Below, piece by piece: positions 1-15,134 of a DNA stretch of 64,000 nucleotides; the first letter of the stretch is position 1; every line of letters starts with the position of its first letter. The stretch comes from an uncultured candidatus Porisulfidus sp. (GTDB lineage Bacteria; Pseudomonadota; Gammaproteobacteria; Poriferisulfidales; Poriferisulfidaceae). The position numbers and the translations under genes were made by a program. The stretch covers positions 1,888,001 to 1,952,000 of the forward strand of contig OZ220480.1 in assembly GCA_965116025.1 (NCBI GenBank), in the 5' to 3' direction. The notes beneath the pieces were generated by a model. The model saw nothing but the letters and a program-made list of their open reading frames with translations, searched no databases and was not told where the DNA came from.

Positions 1-266
1 CGTGTACTCGATGGGATTGGGAGCGGCGCTGGTGCCGCCGTAGGTCGCGTCGCTGCAGGTGACCGCGTTGGAGGCGACCGCGCCGCACTCCTCCGCTTCG
101 ACGGAGGACGGGATCAGTGGAAGCGAGAGAAAGGCCGTGAAGCCGGCCAGAGCGGTCAGGAAACGGAGGCTATGCCCCCCCCCCCCCCCCCCCCCCCTAT
201 GCGGGAAGACGACGAGGCGCCGCGACGCGCGGCGCGAATCTCGGAAACGGATAGATTCTTAGCCAT
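1..266 (-). CDS. 5' end of a secreted, possibly autotransporter-like protein; interrupted by a poly-G tract and out of frame as assembled; continues off the left edge
   Basis: ATG at 266 gives MAKNLSVSEIRAARRGASSSSRI, then G23. The frame from 174 reads HSLRFLTALAGFTAFLSLPLIPSSVEA-EECGAVASNAVTCSDATYGG (hydrophobic h-region, VEA cleavage site). AGAGGG lies upstream; TATAAT at 312-317 on the minus strand. Confidence 0.65.
175..197. repeat. Homopolymer C23 (G23 on the coding strand)
   Basis: 23 consecutive C counted directly. Confidence 0.95.
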
Positions 267-819
267 TATTGTTATTGTCCCTCTTCAAGGATCGGTCTCG
301 AATAGTCACGCATTATACAATAGCCCCGGCACCCACATGCCTCCCTCTTTGACGACCGAAATCGCGCCGAATCCTCGCTGCCAAGCACGCTGAATTGAAA
401 TTACTGGACAGGCAAAAACCGTCAGAAGCGATTAGCTTGGAGATTGAAGTCTCACTGACCCCAAACGCTGGCCGGTGCGGGCTATGCTAGAGTACCTAGC
501 ACAAGCTGACGACATAGCGAGATTATAAAACCTTGGCACAAAGGGAAAACTTGCTAGGACGGCCTTCCGTGGCTTTCTCTCGACCTCCGCGCTTCGCCTT
601 AACGCCGGGAACGCGAAGTGATGACAGGTTGTCACCATAAGCGTTGAATGACCCTCGATTCGGGACCGAAACCGCATTATGAAAAACCTGCAGTGCACGG
701 TACTGCCCGTTTTGGCACCAAAAACGCACGCATCCACGTCATAAGTTCGGCTAAAAAGCATTGGAAGAAGATAGCGTATATCAAACGGTCTTTATCCTGA
801 ACATGGTCACTTAACTCCC

Positions 820-1878
820 TTGGCACAAGAGGACCGCATTGTGAGGCCCATGGCTCTAAGCCCGTTCGCAGGCGCTGGCGGGCTTGATATAGGCGTTGAT
901 CAGGCTGGCTTCAAAACAATATGCGCGATTGAACGCGACCATCATTGCGTATCCACTCTTCGTCGCAATGCCAGAAAAAAAACAGTCTGGCAAGTAGATA
1001 TTAAAGCTCTTTGCGGAAAGCGCGTAGGAGAAATTCTTGAGATTCGCCCCGGTGATCTATCGCTATTGCATGGCGGCCCTCCATGCCAACCATTCAGCCA
1101 GATCGGAAGAAAAGGCGGTATGGATGACCCGCGTGGAAAGCTTGTCTTCGAGATGGTCCGTTTCGCGAAAACGTTGCGTCCGACCGCCGTCCTGATCGAG
1201 CAAGTTCCAAAATTCCTCGACACCCCGGTCGCGAATGGAATGACGGCCCTTGACGCCATTATGCAAGCATTTCATGACATCGGCTATGATGTGAAAATCT
1301 CAGTGCTGGACGCCATTTATTTTGGCGTTCCCCAAAAACGCCGGCGCGCCATTATCGTTTGCGTTCCCGAAGGGCAGTATTTTTATTTCCCCGCGGTTGG
1401 TATATACGAACAAAAAACGGTTGGCGATGCGATTAGGAATATGCCCAGAGCCGTTCCCATGACCGAAACTCCTTTGATGCCGAATCACGTCGATGTGACT
1501 CCAGAACGAGACCGAGAGCGTATCTCCTTCGTTCCCGAAGGACAATGGCTGTCGAAAGTGAGGAGCGCGCCACCAAACATCATTAGGAACCTGACTGCGA
1601 AAGACTCCACCAAGTACCGGCGCGTCAACCGAACCGAACCGTCTCTCACGCTACGTTGTGGCGAAGCTCTGTATCACCCGGTGGAAGACCGCTATCTGAC
1701 GCCTAGGCAATCAGCCAGAATACAGGGATTCCCGGACCGTCATGTGTTCGTTGGCCCAATCCGTAGAAGGAGTGGAAACGTCCGTGATCTAGATCAACAT
1801 AGACAAGTAGCGAACGCCGTTCCACCACCACTCGCTAAATCCGTAGCGGGTAGTTTACGTGCTTCGCTATGCCTGTAG
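820..1878 (+). CDS. DNA (cytosine-5) methyltransferase
   Basis: Motif I FAGAGG, motif IV GGPPCQPFS, motif VI variant EQV, motif VIII PQKRRR, motif IX RIQGFP, motif X QVANAVPP. Confidence 0.95.
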   Translation: MAQEDRIVRPMALSPFAGAGGLDIGVDQAGFKTICAIERDHHCVSTLRRNARKKTVWQVDIKALCGKRVGEILEIRPGDLSLLHGGPPCQPFSQIGRKGGMDDPRGKLVFEMVRFAKTLRPTAVLIEQVPKFLDTPVANGMTALDAIMQAFHDIGYDVKISVLDAIYFGVPQKRRRAIIVCVPEGQYFYFPAVGIYEQKTVGDAIRNMPRAVPMTETPLMPNHVDVTPERDRERISFVPEGQWLSKVRSAPPNIIRNLTAKDSTKYRRVNRTEPSLTLRCGEALYHPVEDRYLTPRQSARIQGFPDRHVFVGPIRRRSGNVRDLDQHRQVANAVPPPLAKSVAGSLRASLCL

Positions 1879-2732
1879 TCTACGAGTTGTTCGGCAAAGC
1901 CATCGCCAGCGGCAACCATAAGGGGGTTTTGCGGGATGCCTCATGCCCTCACATGGCAGGAAAGCAATGTGATGGAGGCGGAAATCGAGACATGACCCGC
2001 TGGCCAGCGCAAGATCAACCTCTGGCACCATTCTTCAAAGAGACAGTTGGCCAGCATGGCAAGGGTTTCATCCCATGTGGAATCTGTTCGATATCTTTAG
2101 AACGAAGTTGGGCGGTATGCCCTCGCCGACTCCTCACCTTCGATGCGGAACACCCATCCCCCCAGCAACGGCCACTTTTTGAGCGGGTTTTGTCTCTTGC
2201 TGGATTTAAGTCCGGTGACGTGGTTAGGATCTGGTCAGAAATACCATTAAGAGACTATTCCTGCAATTTGAATTACAGAATCGATTATGTATTGCGAGCT
2301 GAGGGTTGCCCGCCCGTAGTCATAGAAATCATGACCGCATCCACATCGGGCGGAAACAGGACACAGAGAACTGACATCAAATCCGCCTTCTGCGATGCCG
2401 TTTTGTACACACACGGAAATCTTCCGAAATTGAATCAATGTCTTGGCGTAAACATCCGACAAGTATGGGCGCGGATGGCATCGCAGTTAATCGTAAAGTC
2501 GCAACTCGCTAATCAGTGGGGTGGTTGCGCGATATGGATCGTGCAGGATACGCTCATGGACTATATTCAGAAAAATACTGGCCTCCAACTAGACAACCTA
2601 TTATCTCCAAATTGGAAAACCGGGGAAGTTAATGTTTTGTCAAGCAGCATCCAAAATCCCGATGATATACGCCTCTATGCTGGACCGACTTATTGGACGC
2701 GCCCGCGCTTCCGGATATCGACACTCTACTAG
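1869..2732 (+). CDS. NotI/EagI-like restriction endonuclease; C-terminus possibly frameshifted
   Basis: Overlaps the MTase stop. ELFG..CPH..CDGG..GICS..VCPRR Cys pattern resembles the NotI metal-binding domain; RIDYVL..VIEIMT resembles a PD-(D/E)XK core. Confidence 0.65.
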   Translation: MPVVYELFGKAIASGNHKGVLRDASCPHMAGKQCDGGGNRDMTRWPAQDQPLAPFFKETVGQHGKGFIPCGICSISLERSWAVCPRRLLTFDAEHPSPQQRPLFERVLSLAGFKSGDVVRIWSEIPLRDYSCNLNYRIDYVLRAEGCPPVVIEIMTASTSGGNRTQRTDIKSAFCDAVLYTHGNLPKLNQCLGVNIRQVWARMASQLIVKSQLANQWGGCAIWIVQDTLMDYIQKNTGLQLDNLLSPNWKTGEVNVLSSSIQNPDDIRLYAGPTYWTRPRFRISTLY

Positions 2733-2925
2733 GAAAGCTTGAGGATGACCGAATGATAGCGGAACTCACCATTCCTTGAATAGGGAGCGAAAATGTCGAT
2801 CACTACCAAAACGACAAGCCTTGGAAATGGGAGTCTGCCGGTCCTGCTCCGTAAGCCAGCGGCGTATATCTTCGCCATTGTTGAGAGGGAAGCGTCCACT
2901 CTGATGAAGTGGAGATAACCCGAGA

Positions 2926-3441
2926 ATGAACGAGCCTAAATTCATCCCCTTGGGAATCGCGGTCCTGACCGTCTCCGACAGTCGAGACGCGAGCCAAGAT
3001 AAATCTGGAGATCTGCTAGCCGAAAAAATCGCCAGCTCCGGACACCGGCTGGCCGCGCGCGGCTTGGTCGCGGACGACCTCTATCGTATTCGGGCCCAAA
3101 TCTCGGTCTGGCTCGTCAACCCGGACGTTCAGGTGATCCTGACGACTGGAGGCACCGGCGTGACCGGGCGAGATGGAACGCCAGAAGCGATCCTTCCTCT
3201 TCTGGACAAAAAAATCGACGGATTCGGGGAAATGTTCCGCTCGCTCTCATACGAGGCCATCGGAACGTCGACGCTCCAGTCCCGAGCTTTGGCCGGCGTG
3301 GCCAACCGTCGCTATCTGTTCTGTCTTCCCGGATCTCCCGGCGCATGTCGCGACGCGTGGGAGAAGCTGATCAAGAAGCAACTTGACCACCGGACTCGCC
3401 CCTGCAACCTAGTGGAACTTATGCCGCGGCTCGGCGAGTGA
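2926..3441 (+). CDS. moaB: Molybdenum cofactor biosynthesis protein B
   Basis: IAVLTVSDSR, TTGGTG, DGTPEA, SRA, LPGSPGAC. Confidence 0.95.
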   Translation: MNEPKFIPLGIAVLTVSDSRDASQDKSGDLLAEKIASSGHRLAARGLVADDLYRIRAQISVWLVNPDVQVILTTGGTGVTGRDGTPEAILPLLDKKIDGFGEMFRSLSYEAIGTSTLQSRALAGVANRRYLFCLPGSPGACRDAWEKLIKKQLDHRTRPCNLVELMPRLGE

Positions 3442-3442
3442 A

Positions 3443-4486
3443 TCACCCCCCGATATAAGACATCTCGACCTTTTTGGAGCGTGTGATCTCGCGCGCGCGA
3501 AGCTCGGAATAACGGTCGTCCCGGTCTCCCCACAGGCGGACCAAATCCCGCCGTAGCACCGCGTCATCGGCGCCGGAGCGCAACGGACCTTTCAAGTCAT
3601 GCCCGCGCGACGCGAACAGACAGGTGTACAGCATGCCGTCAGCGCTCAACCGCAGGCGATGGCAACCTCCGCAGAACGGTCGCGTCACGGACGCGACCGC
3701 GCCAATCTCGCCCTGCCCGTCCCGGTAGCGCCAACGGCGCGCGACCTCGCCTGGATAGTTCGGCCGCGCGGGCTCGATCGGCCACTGATCGTCGATGATT
3801 CGCAACGTCTCCTCCATCGAGACCACCTCGTCTAACCTCCAGCCATTCGCGTTTCCCACGTCCATATACTCAATGAAGCGGAGGACGTGTCCCGTGCCTC
3901 GAAAGCGCTCCGCCATCGGCAAAATCTGGTCTTCGTTGGCGTGGCGCTTGACCACCATATTGATTTTTACGGGACCCAAGCCCGCCGCGGCCGCGTGATC
4001 AATGGCCGCCAGCACCTCGTCGACCGGCCGTTGGACATCGGAAAGACGCTGAAACACCTCGTTGTCGAGTCCGTCGAGGCTGATCGTGACTCGGTTCAGT
4101 CCCGCCTCCGCCAAGCGCGCGGCAACCTCTCCAGTCAGCAAAGAACCGTTCGTGGTCAGGCAAATGTCCGTAATTTTCGGAATCCGGGCCAAGCGCTCGA
4201 TCAGGGCATCCAGATGCCGTCGGAGAAGCGGCTCGCCGCCGGTCAGCCGCAACTTGACCACGCCCAAATCAGCGAAGACGCGGACCAGCCTCTCGATCTC
4301 CTCGAATCTCAGCAGCCGGGAGCGTTCCAGGAACACGTAGTCGGAATTGAACACCTCCTTCGGCATGCAATACGTGCAACGAAAGTTGCAACGATCCGTC
4401 ACCGAGACGCGCAAATCTCGCAATGGACGGCCCGCGCGGTCCAGGGGCAGTGGTAGAGAATTGGACGGAGCGGTCGAGACGTTCAT
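3443..4486 (-). CDS. moaA: GTP 3',8-cyclase
   Basis: LRVSVTDRCNFRCTYCMP radical-SAM motif, FCGGCHRLR, C-terminal MSYIGG. Confidence 0.97.
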   Translation of the reverse strand: MNVSTAPSNSLPLPLDRAGRPLRDLRVSVTDRCNFRCTYCMPKEVFNSDYVFLERSRLLRFEEIERLVRVFADLGVVKLRLTGGEPLLRRHLDALIERLARIPKITDICLTTNGSLLTGEVAARLAEAGLNRVTISLDGLDNEVFQRLSDVQRPVDEVLAAIDHAAAAGLGPVKINMVVKRHANEDQILPMAERFRGTGHVLRFIEYMDVGNANGWRLDEVVSMEETLRIIDDQWPIEPARPNYPGEVARRWRYRDGQGEIGAVASVTRPFCGGCHRLRLSADGMLYTCLFASRGHDLKGPLRSGADDAVLRRDLVRLWGDRDDRYSELRAREITRSKKVEMSYIGG

Positions 4487-4584
4487 GCGAATTCCCCTTT
4501 ATAGCCTAGGGCGAGGCTATCCATATCTTACGGCGCGAAACGGGCTTGCCCGAAAAGGCCCCGTCTCGGGCATCGCGGGTCCGG

Positions 4585-8820
<4,236 letters not shown>

Positions 8821-8829
8821 GGTCTCCTG

Positions 8830-11800
8830 TCAGGCGCGCGGCATGGGAGTGGACGGGAACGGAAATTCCGGCATTCGGTCGCGCTCTATATCGAAATTAA
8901 TGCCCAACGCGCGCACCTCGCGCAACAGAACGTTGAACGACTCGGGAAGCGAGGCGTGAAGGTCCAGCTCGTCCGCGATGATTCCCTTGTACACGCGGTT
9001 GCGCCCCTCGACATCGTCGGATTTCACTGTCAGCATCTCTTGCAGAGCGTAGCTGGCCCCATACGCTTCGAGCGCCCAGACCTCCATCTCGCCGAAACGT
9101 TGCCCACCAAACTGCGCCTTCCCGCCGAGCGGTTGCTGCGTGACCAGACTGTAGGGGCCAGTGGAACGGGCGTGCATCTTGTCGTCCACCAAGTGGTTGA
9201 GCTTGAGCATGTACATGTAGCCGACGGTGACCTCGCGGTCGAATTCGTTGCCCGTTCGACCATCGCGCAACATCGTCTGGCCGCTGGTCGGCAAGCCGGC
9301 CAGTTCCAACATGGCCTTGACCTCCCGCTCGTTGGCGCCATCGAACACCGGCGTGCCAACCGGAACGCCCTCGCGCAAGTTCTCCGCCAGCGCACGGACC
9401 TCTTTCGCGCCAAACGTGCCGAGCCGCACGCTCTGGACTCCATCGTTTCGGTAGATCCGTCCCAGGAATTTGCGAAGCTCGTCAGCCCTAGCGGTCCGCT
9501 CGAGCAGCTGGCGCACTTGCGTTCCAAGCGTCTTGGCCGCCCAGCCCAAATGAGTCTCCAGCACCTGCCCGACGTTCATCCGCGATGGCACCCCCAAGGG
9601 GTTGAGCACGATGTCGACTGGCGTGCCGTCCTCCATATACGGCATGTCCTCGACCGGAACCACCATGGAGACCACGCCCTTATTGCCATGCCGCCCAGCC
9701 ATCTTGTCGCCCGGCTGCAGGCGGCGCTTGACCGCCAGCGACACCTTGATCGTCTTCAGAACGCCCGGCGCCAACTCGCTACCCGCCTCAATCTTCTCCT
9801 TCTGTTGGTCGAACTGCCGCTCCAGGGACAGGCTTTGCGACCGCAATCGCTTCCGCAACGCCTCCAGCCCCCGGCTAAGGTCCTCCTCGCGCATGCTGAT
9901 CTTGAACCAGTCCTTGCGCTCCAACCCGTCCAGATACGCCGCCGTGACCGTGAAGCCTTTCTCTCGATTCGGGCCCTTGTCGGCCTTCTTGCCCTGGATC
10001 AGGCTACGGACCCGCAGGTAGACGTCTCCTTCGTAAATGCGCAGCTGATCCTCCATGTCCTTACGCGCCTGCTCCACCGCGATGGCCTCGACCTCGATCG
10101 CCCGCGCGTCCTTGGTCTCGCCCTCGCGCGTGAAGACCTGCACGTCGATGACCGTTCCCTCCATTCCCGAAGGCACTCGCAGCGACGTGTCCTTAACCTC
10201 GGACGCCTTCTCGCCAAAAATCGCGCGCAACAGCTTCTCCTCCGGAGTCAGCTGAGTCTCGCCTTTCGGGGTGACCTTCCCGACCAGAATATCGTTCGGG
10301 CGAACCTCGGCGCCAATGTACACCACGCCGCACTCGTCGAGCTTGCCCAAGAGTCCCTCGCTCACGTTCGGGATGTCCGCCGTGATCTCCTCCACTCCCA
10401 TCTTGGTCTCTCGCGCCACGCAAGTCAGCTCCTCAATGTGGATGGTGGTGTAGCGATCCTCTTCCAGAACCCGCTCCGAGAGCACGATGGAGTCCTCGAA
10501 GTTGTAGCCGTTCCAAGGCATGAACGCGACCAGCATGTTCTGGCCGAGCGCCAGCTCGCCCAAGTCTGTGGCCGAGCCGTCCGCCAGCACGTCTCCCTTC
10601 TCGATGCGGTCGCCAGGGCGAACGCGCGGATGCTGGTTGATGCAAGTGCTCTGGTTGGATCGGACGTATTTGGTGAGACTGTAGATATCCACGCCAGCTT
10701 GCCCCTCGCCGGCCTCCTCGTCCTCGACGCGCACCACGATCCTGTTGGCATCGACGTCATGCACCTCTCCGCCGCGATTCGCCAGCACCATAGCTCCCGA
10801 ATCCACGGCCAGAGCGCGCTCCATGCCCGTCCCCACCAACGGCTTCTCGGCACGCAGGGTCGGCACCGCCTGACGCATCATGTTCGACCCCATCAGCGCC
10901 CGATTGGCATCGTCATGCTCCAGAAACGGAATGAGCGAAGCCGCCACCGAGACGATTTGGCGCGGCGAGACGTCAATGTAATCGACCTTCTCCGGCCGCT
11001 CCAGAGTGAACTCCTTCTGGTGACGGCAGGAAACCAGCGGGTCCGTGAAGCGGCGACTCGAGTCCAGCGCCGCGTTGGCCTGCGCGATGATGTACTGCCC
11101 CTCCTCGATCGCGGACAGATAGTCGATTTGGTCCGTGACCCGGCCCTTGCTCACCTTCCGGTACGGAGTCTCCAGAAACCCGAAGTTGTTGAGGCGGGCA
11201 TAGACCGCCAGCGAGTTGATCAGTCCGATGTTCGGGCCCTCCGGCGTCTCGATCGGACAAACCCGCCCGTAGTGGGTCGGATGCACGTCGCGCACCTCGA
11301 AGCCAGCTCGCTCGCGGGTTAGTCCGCCTGGGCCCAGCGCGGAGATCCGGCGCTTGTGCGTCACCTCCGCCAGCGGATTGTTCTGGTCCATGAATTGCGA
11401 CAGCTGGCTGGAGCCGAAGAATTCCTTGATCGCGGCCGACACCGGCTTCGCGTTCACCATGTCCTGCACGGTCAAATCATCCGCCTCGACCTGCGTCAAG
11501 CGCTCCTTAACCGCCCGTTGCACCCGCGACAGCCCAGTGCGGAAGGCCTGCTCCACCTGCTCTCCCACGCAACGCACTCGGCGATTGCCCAGGTGGTCGA
11601 CATCGTCCACCACGTCGCGGCCCTGGTGAATGTCGATCAGCACGCGCAACACGTCGATGATATCCTCCACCTCAAGAACTCCTGGCCCCTCCATGCTATC
11701 GCGCCGCAAACGACGATTCAGCCGCATGCGCCCGACCTGGGAGAGGTTGTAGCGCTCTGGATTAAAGAACAGGCCGTCGAAATGATTGCGCACCGTATCT

Positions 11801-13377
11801 TTCGTGATCGGCTCGCTGGGACGCAGCACCCGATAGATGTAGGTCTGGGCTTCCTGCTTGACCTCCTCCGCGCTATATTTTGGTGGACGCATATTGAAAT
11901 CGTCGGTGCGCAGAGTGCCGGGAACGCCTTGCGTCGCGTCCGAGCTCTGGATAACCTCGAAGCTGGTGATCGGCAATCCCGCCAAATCCTCGAGCAAAGA
12001 ATTGTCCAGCAGGGCGTTGAGGCGCAGATTCTCGTATATCTCCCCTGTTTCCTCGTCAAAGATGTCTCGCGCCAACGCGCGGTTGTGAAAGAACGAGGCT
12101 GGAACCTCAACTTCGTTCATGCCAGCCTTTCGTAGCTTCTCCACGTGAATCGGCATCAAGGTGCGCCCGGCGCGCACTTCCACGCCAGCCTTCTCCGCCC
12201 GAATATCGAACGACAACTTCTGCCGCTGAAAATTCTCGACCTTGAGAAAAAAACGGCCGCGCAGAGGCAGGACCATCGAGCACAGATCCGACTCGCATAT
12301 TTCCGACAGTTTCTCGGCCCGAGCCTTGGTCAAGCGCGTCCCGGCCTTGACCATGTTTTTCCCCTCATGCGTCAACGTGAACGGAAGTTTCTTGCCGACC
12401 AGCGATTCCGGGCGAGCTCGCCAGCCATGCTCGGCATCAAAGACATACGCGGCGTCATCCTCGCCAGAAGCCAAGAACTTCTGGAGGAAGTCCTGCGGAA
12501 CCAGCGCGCTCTCCACGCCCGCCTCGGCCAGCTTGCCGAGCGCGCTCGAGCTAAGATTCCTGCCTTTCGGCAAAACCGTCTCCCCGCTCTCGGCATCCAT
12601 CAGGGGGAAAGTCAACTTCGCGCCCTCAAGCAACGACAAAGGCACCTCGCGCCACTGCTCCATCCGCACCGGGCAACGATCCATGAAGGTCTCGAGGATA
12701 TCCTCTTCCGACAGGCCGAGCGCGCGCAACAGGATGGTCACCGGAATCTTTCGACGACTGTCGACCCTCAGGTACAGCAAATCCTTATGGTCAAAGCCAA
12801 ACTCGAGCCAAGAGCCATACTCCGGCTTGATTCGGGCGTGATGAAGGATCTTGCCCGAGGAATGCCCTCGTCCCTTGTCGTCAGTGAAAATCACTCCTGG
12901 CGATTGCAGAAGCTGCGACACCACCACCCGTTCCGTTCCATTGATCACGAAGGTCCCATGCTCGGTCATCAACGGAATATCGCCAAGATACACGTCCTGC
13001 TCCTTGACTTCCTTGACCTTGCGCGGCCCTCCCTTGGGGCCATCCTTCTCGTGGATCACCATCCTCGTCTTTACGTGCAGGGGCGCCATATAGGTCTGGC
13101 CCCGCCGCTGGCACTCGCGCACGTTGAAGCGCGGCTCGCCCAAATCGTATTTTTGGCAGTTCAGGTCGATATGCCCGGCATGGCTCACGATCGGGAAGAT
13201 CGAGTTGAGCACGGCTTGAATGCCTTGGTCCTTGCGCTTTCGCGGCGGCACGTCAGTTTGCAGGAAATCGCGGTAGGACTCGCGTTGAACCTGCAGCATA
13301 TCTGGAATCGAGAGCACTTCCGGAAGCTTTCCGAAATCTTTCCGGATGCGTTTTTTCTCGGTGTAGGAATAGGCCAT
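8830..13377 (-). CDS. rpoB: RNA polymerase beta subunit (1515 aa, enlarged beta-i4 insertion)
   Basis: [43 protein letters not shown]. Confidence 0.99.
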   Translation of the reverse strand: MAYSYTEKKRIRKDFGKLPEVLSIPDMLQVQRESYRDFLQTDVPPRKRKDQGIQAVLNSIFPIVSHAGHIDLNCQKYDLGEPRFNVRECQRRGQTYMAPLHVKTRMVIHEKDGPKGGPRKVKEVKEQDVYLGDIPLMTEHGTFVINGTERVVVSQLLQSPGVIFTDDKGRGHSSGKILHHARIKPEYGSWLEFGFDHKDLLYLRVDSRRKIPVTILLRALGLSEEDILETFMDRCPVRMEQWREVPLSLLEGAKLTFPLMDAESGETVLPKGRNLSSSALGKLAEAGVESALVPQDFLQKFLASGEDDAAYVFDAEHGWRARPESLVGKKLPFTLTHEGKNMVKAGTRLTKARAEKLSEICESDLCSMVLPLRGRFFLKVENFQRQKLSFDIRAEKAGVEVRAGRTLMPIHVEKLRKAGMNEVEVPASFFHNRALARDIFDEETGEIYENLRLNALLDNSLLEDLAGLPITSFEVIQSSDATQGVPGTLRTDDFNMRPPKYSAEEVKQEAQTYIYRVLRPSEPITKDTVRNHFDGLFFNPERYNLSQVGRMRLNRRLRRDSMEGPGVLEVEDIIDVLRVLIDIHQGRDVVDDVDHLGNRRVRCVGEQVEQAFRTGLSRVQRAVKERLTQVEADDLTVQDMVNAKPVSAAIKEFFGSSQLSQFMDQNNPLAEVTHKRRISALGPGGLTRERAGFEVRDVHPTHYGRVCPIETPEGPNIGLINSLAVYARLNNFGFLETPYRKVSKGRVTDQIDYLSAIEEGQYIIAQANAALDSSRRFTDPLVSCRHQKEFTLERPEKVDYIDVSPRQIVSVAASLIPFLEHDDANRALMGSNMMRQAVPTLRAEKPLVGTGMERALAVDSGAMVLANRGGEVHDVDANRIVVRVEDEEAGEGQAGVDIYSLTKYVRSNQSTCINQHPRVRPGDRIEKGDVLADGSATDLGELALGQNMLVAFMPWNGYNFEDSIVLSERVLEEDRYTTIHIEELTCVARETKMGVEEITADIPNVSEGLLGKLDECGVVYIGAEVRPNDILVGKVTPKGETQLTPEEKLLRAIFGEKASEVKDTSLRVPSGMEGTVIDVQVFTREGETKDARAIEVEAIAVEQARKDMEDQLRIYEGDVYLRVRSLIQGKKADKGPNREKGFTVTAAYLDGLERKDWFKISMREEDLSRGLEALRKRLRSQSLSLERQFDQQKEKIEAGSELAPGVLKTIKVSLAVKRRLQPGDKMAGRHGNKGVVSMVVPVEDMPYMEDGTPVDIVLNPLGVPSRMNVGQVLETHLGWAAKTLGTQVRQLLERTARADELRKFLGRIYRNDGVQSVRLGTFGAKEVRALAENLREGVPVGTPVFDGANEREVKAMLELAGLPTSGQTMLRDGRTGNEFDREVTVGYMYMLKLNHLVDDKMHARSTGPYSLVTQQPLGGKAQFGGQRFGEMEVWALEAYGASYALQEMLTVKSDDVEGRNRVYKGIIADELDLHASLPESFNVLLREVRALGINFDIERDRMPEFPFPSTPMPRA

Positions 13378-13401
13378 GCCCACCTCGGGTAGTCGTCAAT
13401 T

Positions 13402-13438
13402 AAAAATGCGGGCGGCGCGTCTGGCGCGCCACCACGCA
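13402..13438 (-). terminator. Intrinsic terminator/attenuator between rplL and rpoB
   Basis: Minus strand TGCG-T-GGTGGCGCG-CCAGA-CGCGCCGCC-CGCA-TTTTT; same position as the E. coli rpoB attenuator. Confidence 0.7.
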
Positions 13439-13464
13439 GGGTCTGTCACGGAACCTCGCGCCGA

Positions 13465-13851
13465 TTATTTCAACTCGACGGTCGCGCCCGCTTCCTCCAG
13501 TTGTTTTTTCATCTCCTCGGCCTCTTCGGGTGGAACGCTTTCCTTGACCGCGCATGGCGCGCCCTCCACCATGTCCTTGGACTCTTTCAAGCCCAGGCCA
13601 GTTATGGCGCGGATCGCCTTAATGACGGCGATCTTGTTGTCGCCGAACGAGGCCAGCATGACCGTCCTCTCGGTCGGGGCCTCCTCCCCGGCCGCCTCGC
13701 CGGGCGCTCCCGCCACCGGCGCGGTCGCCACCGCCGCCGCGGAAACGCCGAATTTCTCCTCCATCGCGGAAACGAGGTCGACGATCTCCATCACGGTCAT
13801 GTTGGAAATGACGTCCAGGATATCTTCCTTGGAAACGCTTGCTGTGGTCAT
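13465..13851 (-). CDS. rplL: 50S ribosomal protein L7/L12
   Basis: [37 protein letters not shown]; AGGAG RBS. Confidence 0.98.
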   Translation of the reverse strand: MTTASVSKEDILDVISNMTVMEIVDLVSAMEEKFGVSAAAVATAPVAGAPGEAAGEEAPTERTVMLASFGDNKIAVIKAIRAITGLGLKESKDMVEGAPCAVKESVPPEEAEEMKKQLEEAGATVELK

Positions 13852-13884
13852 GGTCAATAACTCCTAGTGGTTTGATCAGGGGGG

Positions 13885-14415
13885 TCAGGATTCCGTCTCG
13901 CGACTGTCGCGGTACGCCGCCAGCGCGCGCGCCAAACTGCCCGGAATGTCAGCCGCCACGCGCGCCATCTTCTCAATCGGCGCGCGCATCACGGCCATCA
14001 ATCGCGCCAACGCTTCGTCGCGGGTCGGCAAGTCCGCCAGTTTCTGGACATCGGCCTTTTCCAGAACGGCACCGTCCATCGCGCCAAACTTGAGTTCCAG
14101 CCGCTCGTTCTCCTTGCCAAAATCCCGAAACAGTCGCGGGGCGTCCATCGGTTGCCGCTCGGAAAAGCCGAGCAACAAGGGACCGATCAGTCGCTCCCGA
14201 ACGCAGGCATGTCCAGTACCGTCCAGCGCTCGCTTCGCCAAATTGTTCTTAACGACCCGGACATCGACTCCGATCTCTCGGGCCTGACGGCGCAACTGAC
14301 TCAACTCGGCGACGTTCATGCCCCGGTATTCCGCGGCGACCATCGATTGCGCGCGCGCCGCGACTCGCGCCACATCCCGCACGATGGCGTCTTTCTGCTC
14401 GCGTGTTCGCGCCAT
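13885..14415 (-). CDS. rplJ: 50S ribosomal protein L10
   Basis: EYRGMNV..LRR..RVVKNNL, LADLPTRDEAL; start set at the ATG after AAGGAG. Confidence 0.97.
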   Translation of the reverse strand: MARTREQKDAIVRDVARVAARAQSMVAAEYRGMNVAELSQLRRQAREIGVDVRVVKNNLAKRALDGTGHACVRERLIGPLLLGFSERQPMDAPRLFRDFGKENERLELKFGAMDGAVLEKADVQKLADLPTRDEALARLMAVMRAPIEKMARVAADIPGSLARALAAYRDSRETES

Positions 14416-14447
14416 GCTTCGCTCCTTCCGCCTATCGCTCGGCCGCA

Positions 14448-15134
14448 TCACACCGTCGCCGGGTCCACCCGAATACCCGGACCCATGGTCGAGGACACGG
14501 TGATTCGTTTGATGTAGATCCCCTTGGAAGAGGCGGGCTTGGCCCGGATCAGTTCCGCTATCAAAGCCCGGAGGTTCTCGGCCAAAGCCGTCGCCTCGAA
14601 ATCGATCTTCCCAATCGAGCAATGCACGATGCCGCCCTTGTCGGTGCGGTAACGAACTTGCCCGGATTTCGCGTTCTTGACCGCCGTAGCAACATCGGGC
14701 GTAATCGTTCCGGTCTTCGGGTTCGGCATCAACCCGCGCGGACCTAGGATCTGTCCCAACGCTCCCACCACCGGCATACTGTCCGGAGTCGCGATCACCG
14801 CGCTGAAATCAAGGTCGCCCCCCTTGATCCGCTCGGCCAAATCCTCGAGACCAACTACGTCGGCGCCCGCCTCGGTCGCGTCCCGCGCCGGATCGCCTTG
14901 CGCGAACACGGCCACCCGCGTCCGCTTGCCCGTGCCTTTCGGCAGGACCATCGCGCCGCGCACGTTCTGGTCGCTCTGGCGGGAATCCACGCCAAGATTG
15001 ACGCTGATGTCGACGCTCTCCCCAAACTTGACCGCCCCGCTGGCGGAGCGCGCCAAATCGACCGCCTCATCGACCGGATACAACCGGTCCACGACGATGC
15101 CAGCCTGGGCCTCAATCATTCGTCGACTTCTCAC
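14448..15134 (-). CDS. rplA: 50S ribosomal protein L1
   Basis: [25 protein letters not shown]. Confidence 0.98.
   Translation of the reverse strand: MRSRRMIEAQAGIVVDRLYPVDEAVDLARSASGAVKFGESVDISVNLGVDSRQSDQNVRGAMVLPKGTGKRTRVAVFAQGDPARDATEAGADVVGLEDLAERIKGGDLDFSAVIATPDSMPVVGALGQILGPRGLMPNPKTGTITPDVATAVKNAKSGQVRYRTDKGGIVHCSIGKIDFEATALAENLRALIAELIRAKPASSKGIYIKRITVSSTMGPGIRVDPATV

Noticed and set aside
59-393. Plus-strand polyproline ORFs (59-262, 172-393)
   Set aside because: Artefacts of the C23 tract; the minus strand gives a coherent signal peptide.
432-761. Possible vsr or controller gene upstream of the C5 methyltransferase
   Set aside because: No Vsr FxHGCFWH motif or HTH pattern found in the short ORFs.
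11330-11430. Rifampicin-resistance changes in RpoB cluster I
   Set aside because: [26 protein letters not shown] keeps the sensitive-type Q, D, H and S residues.
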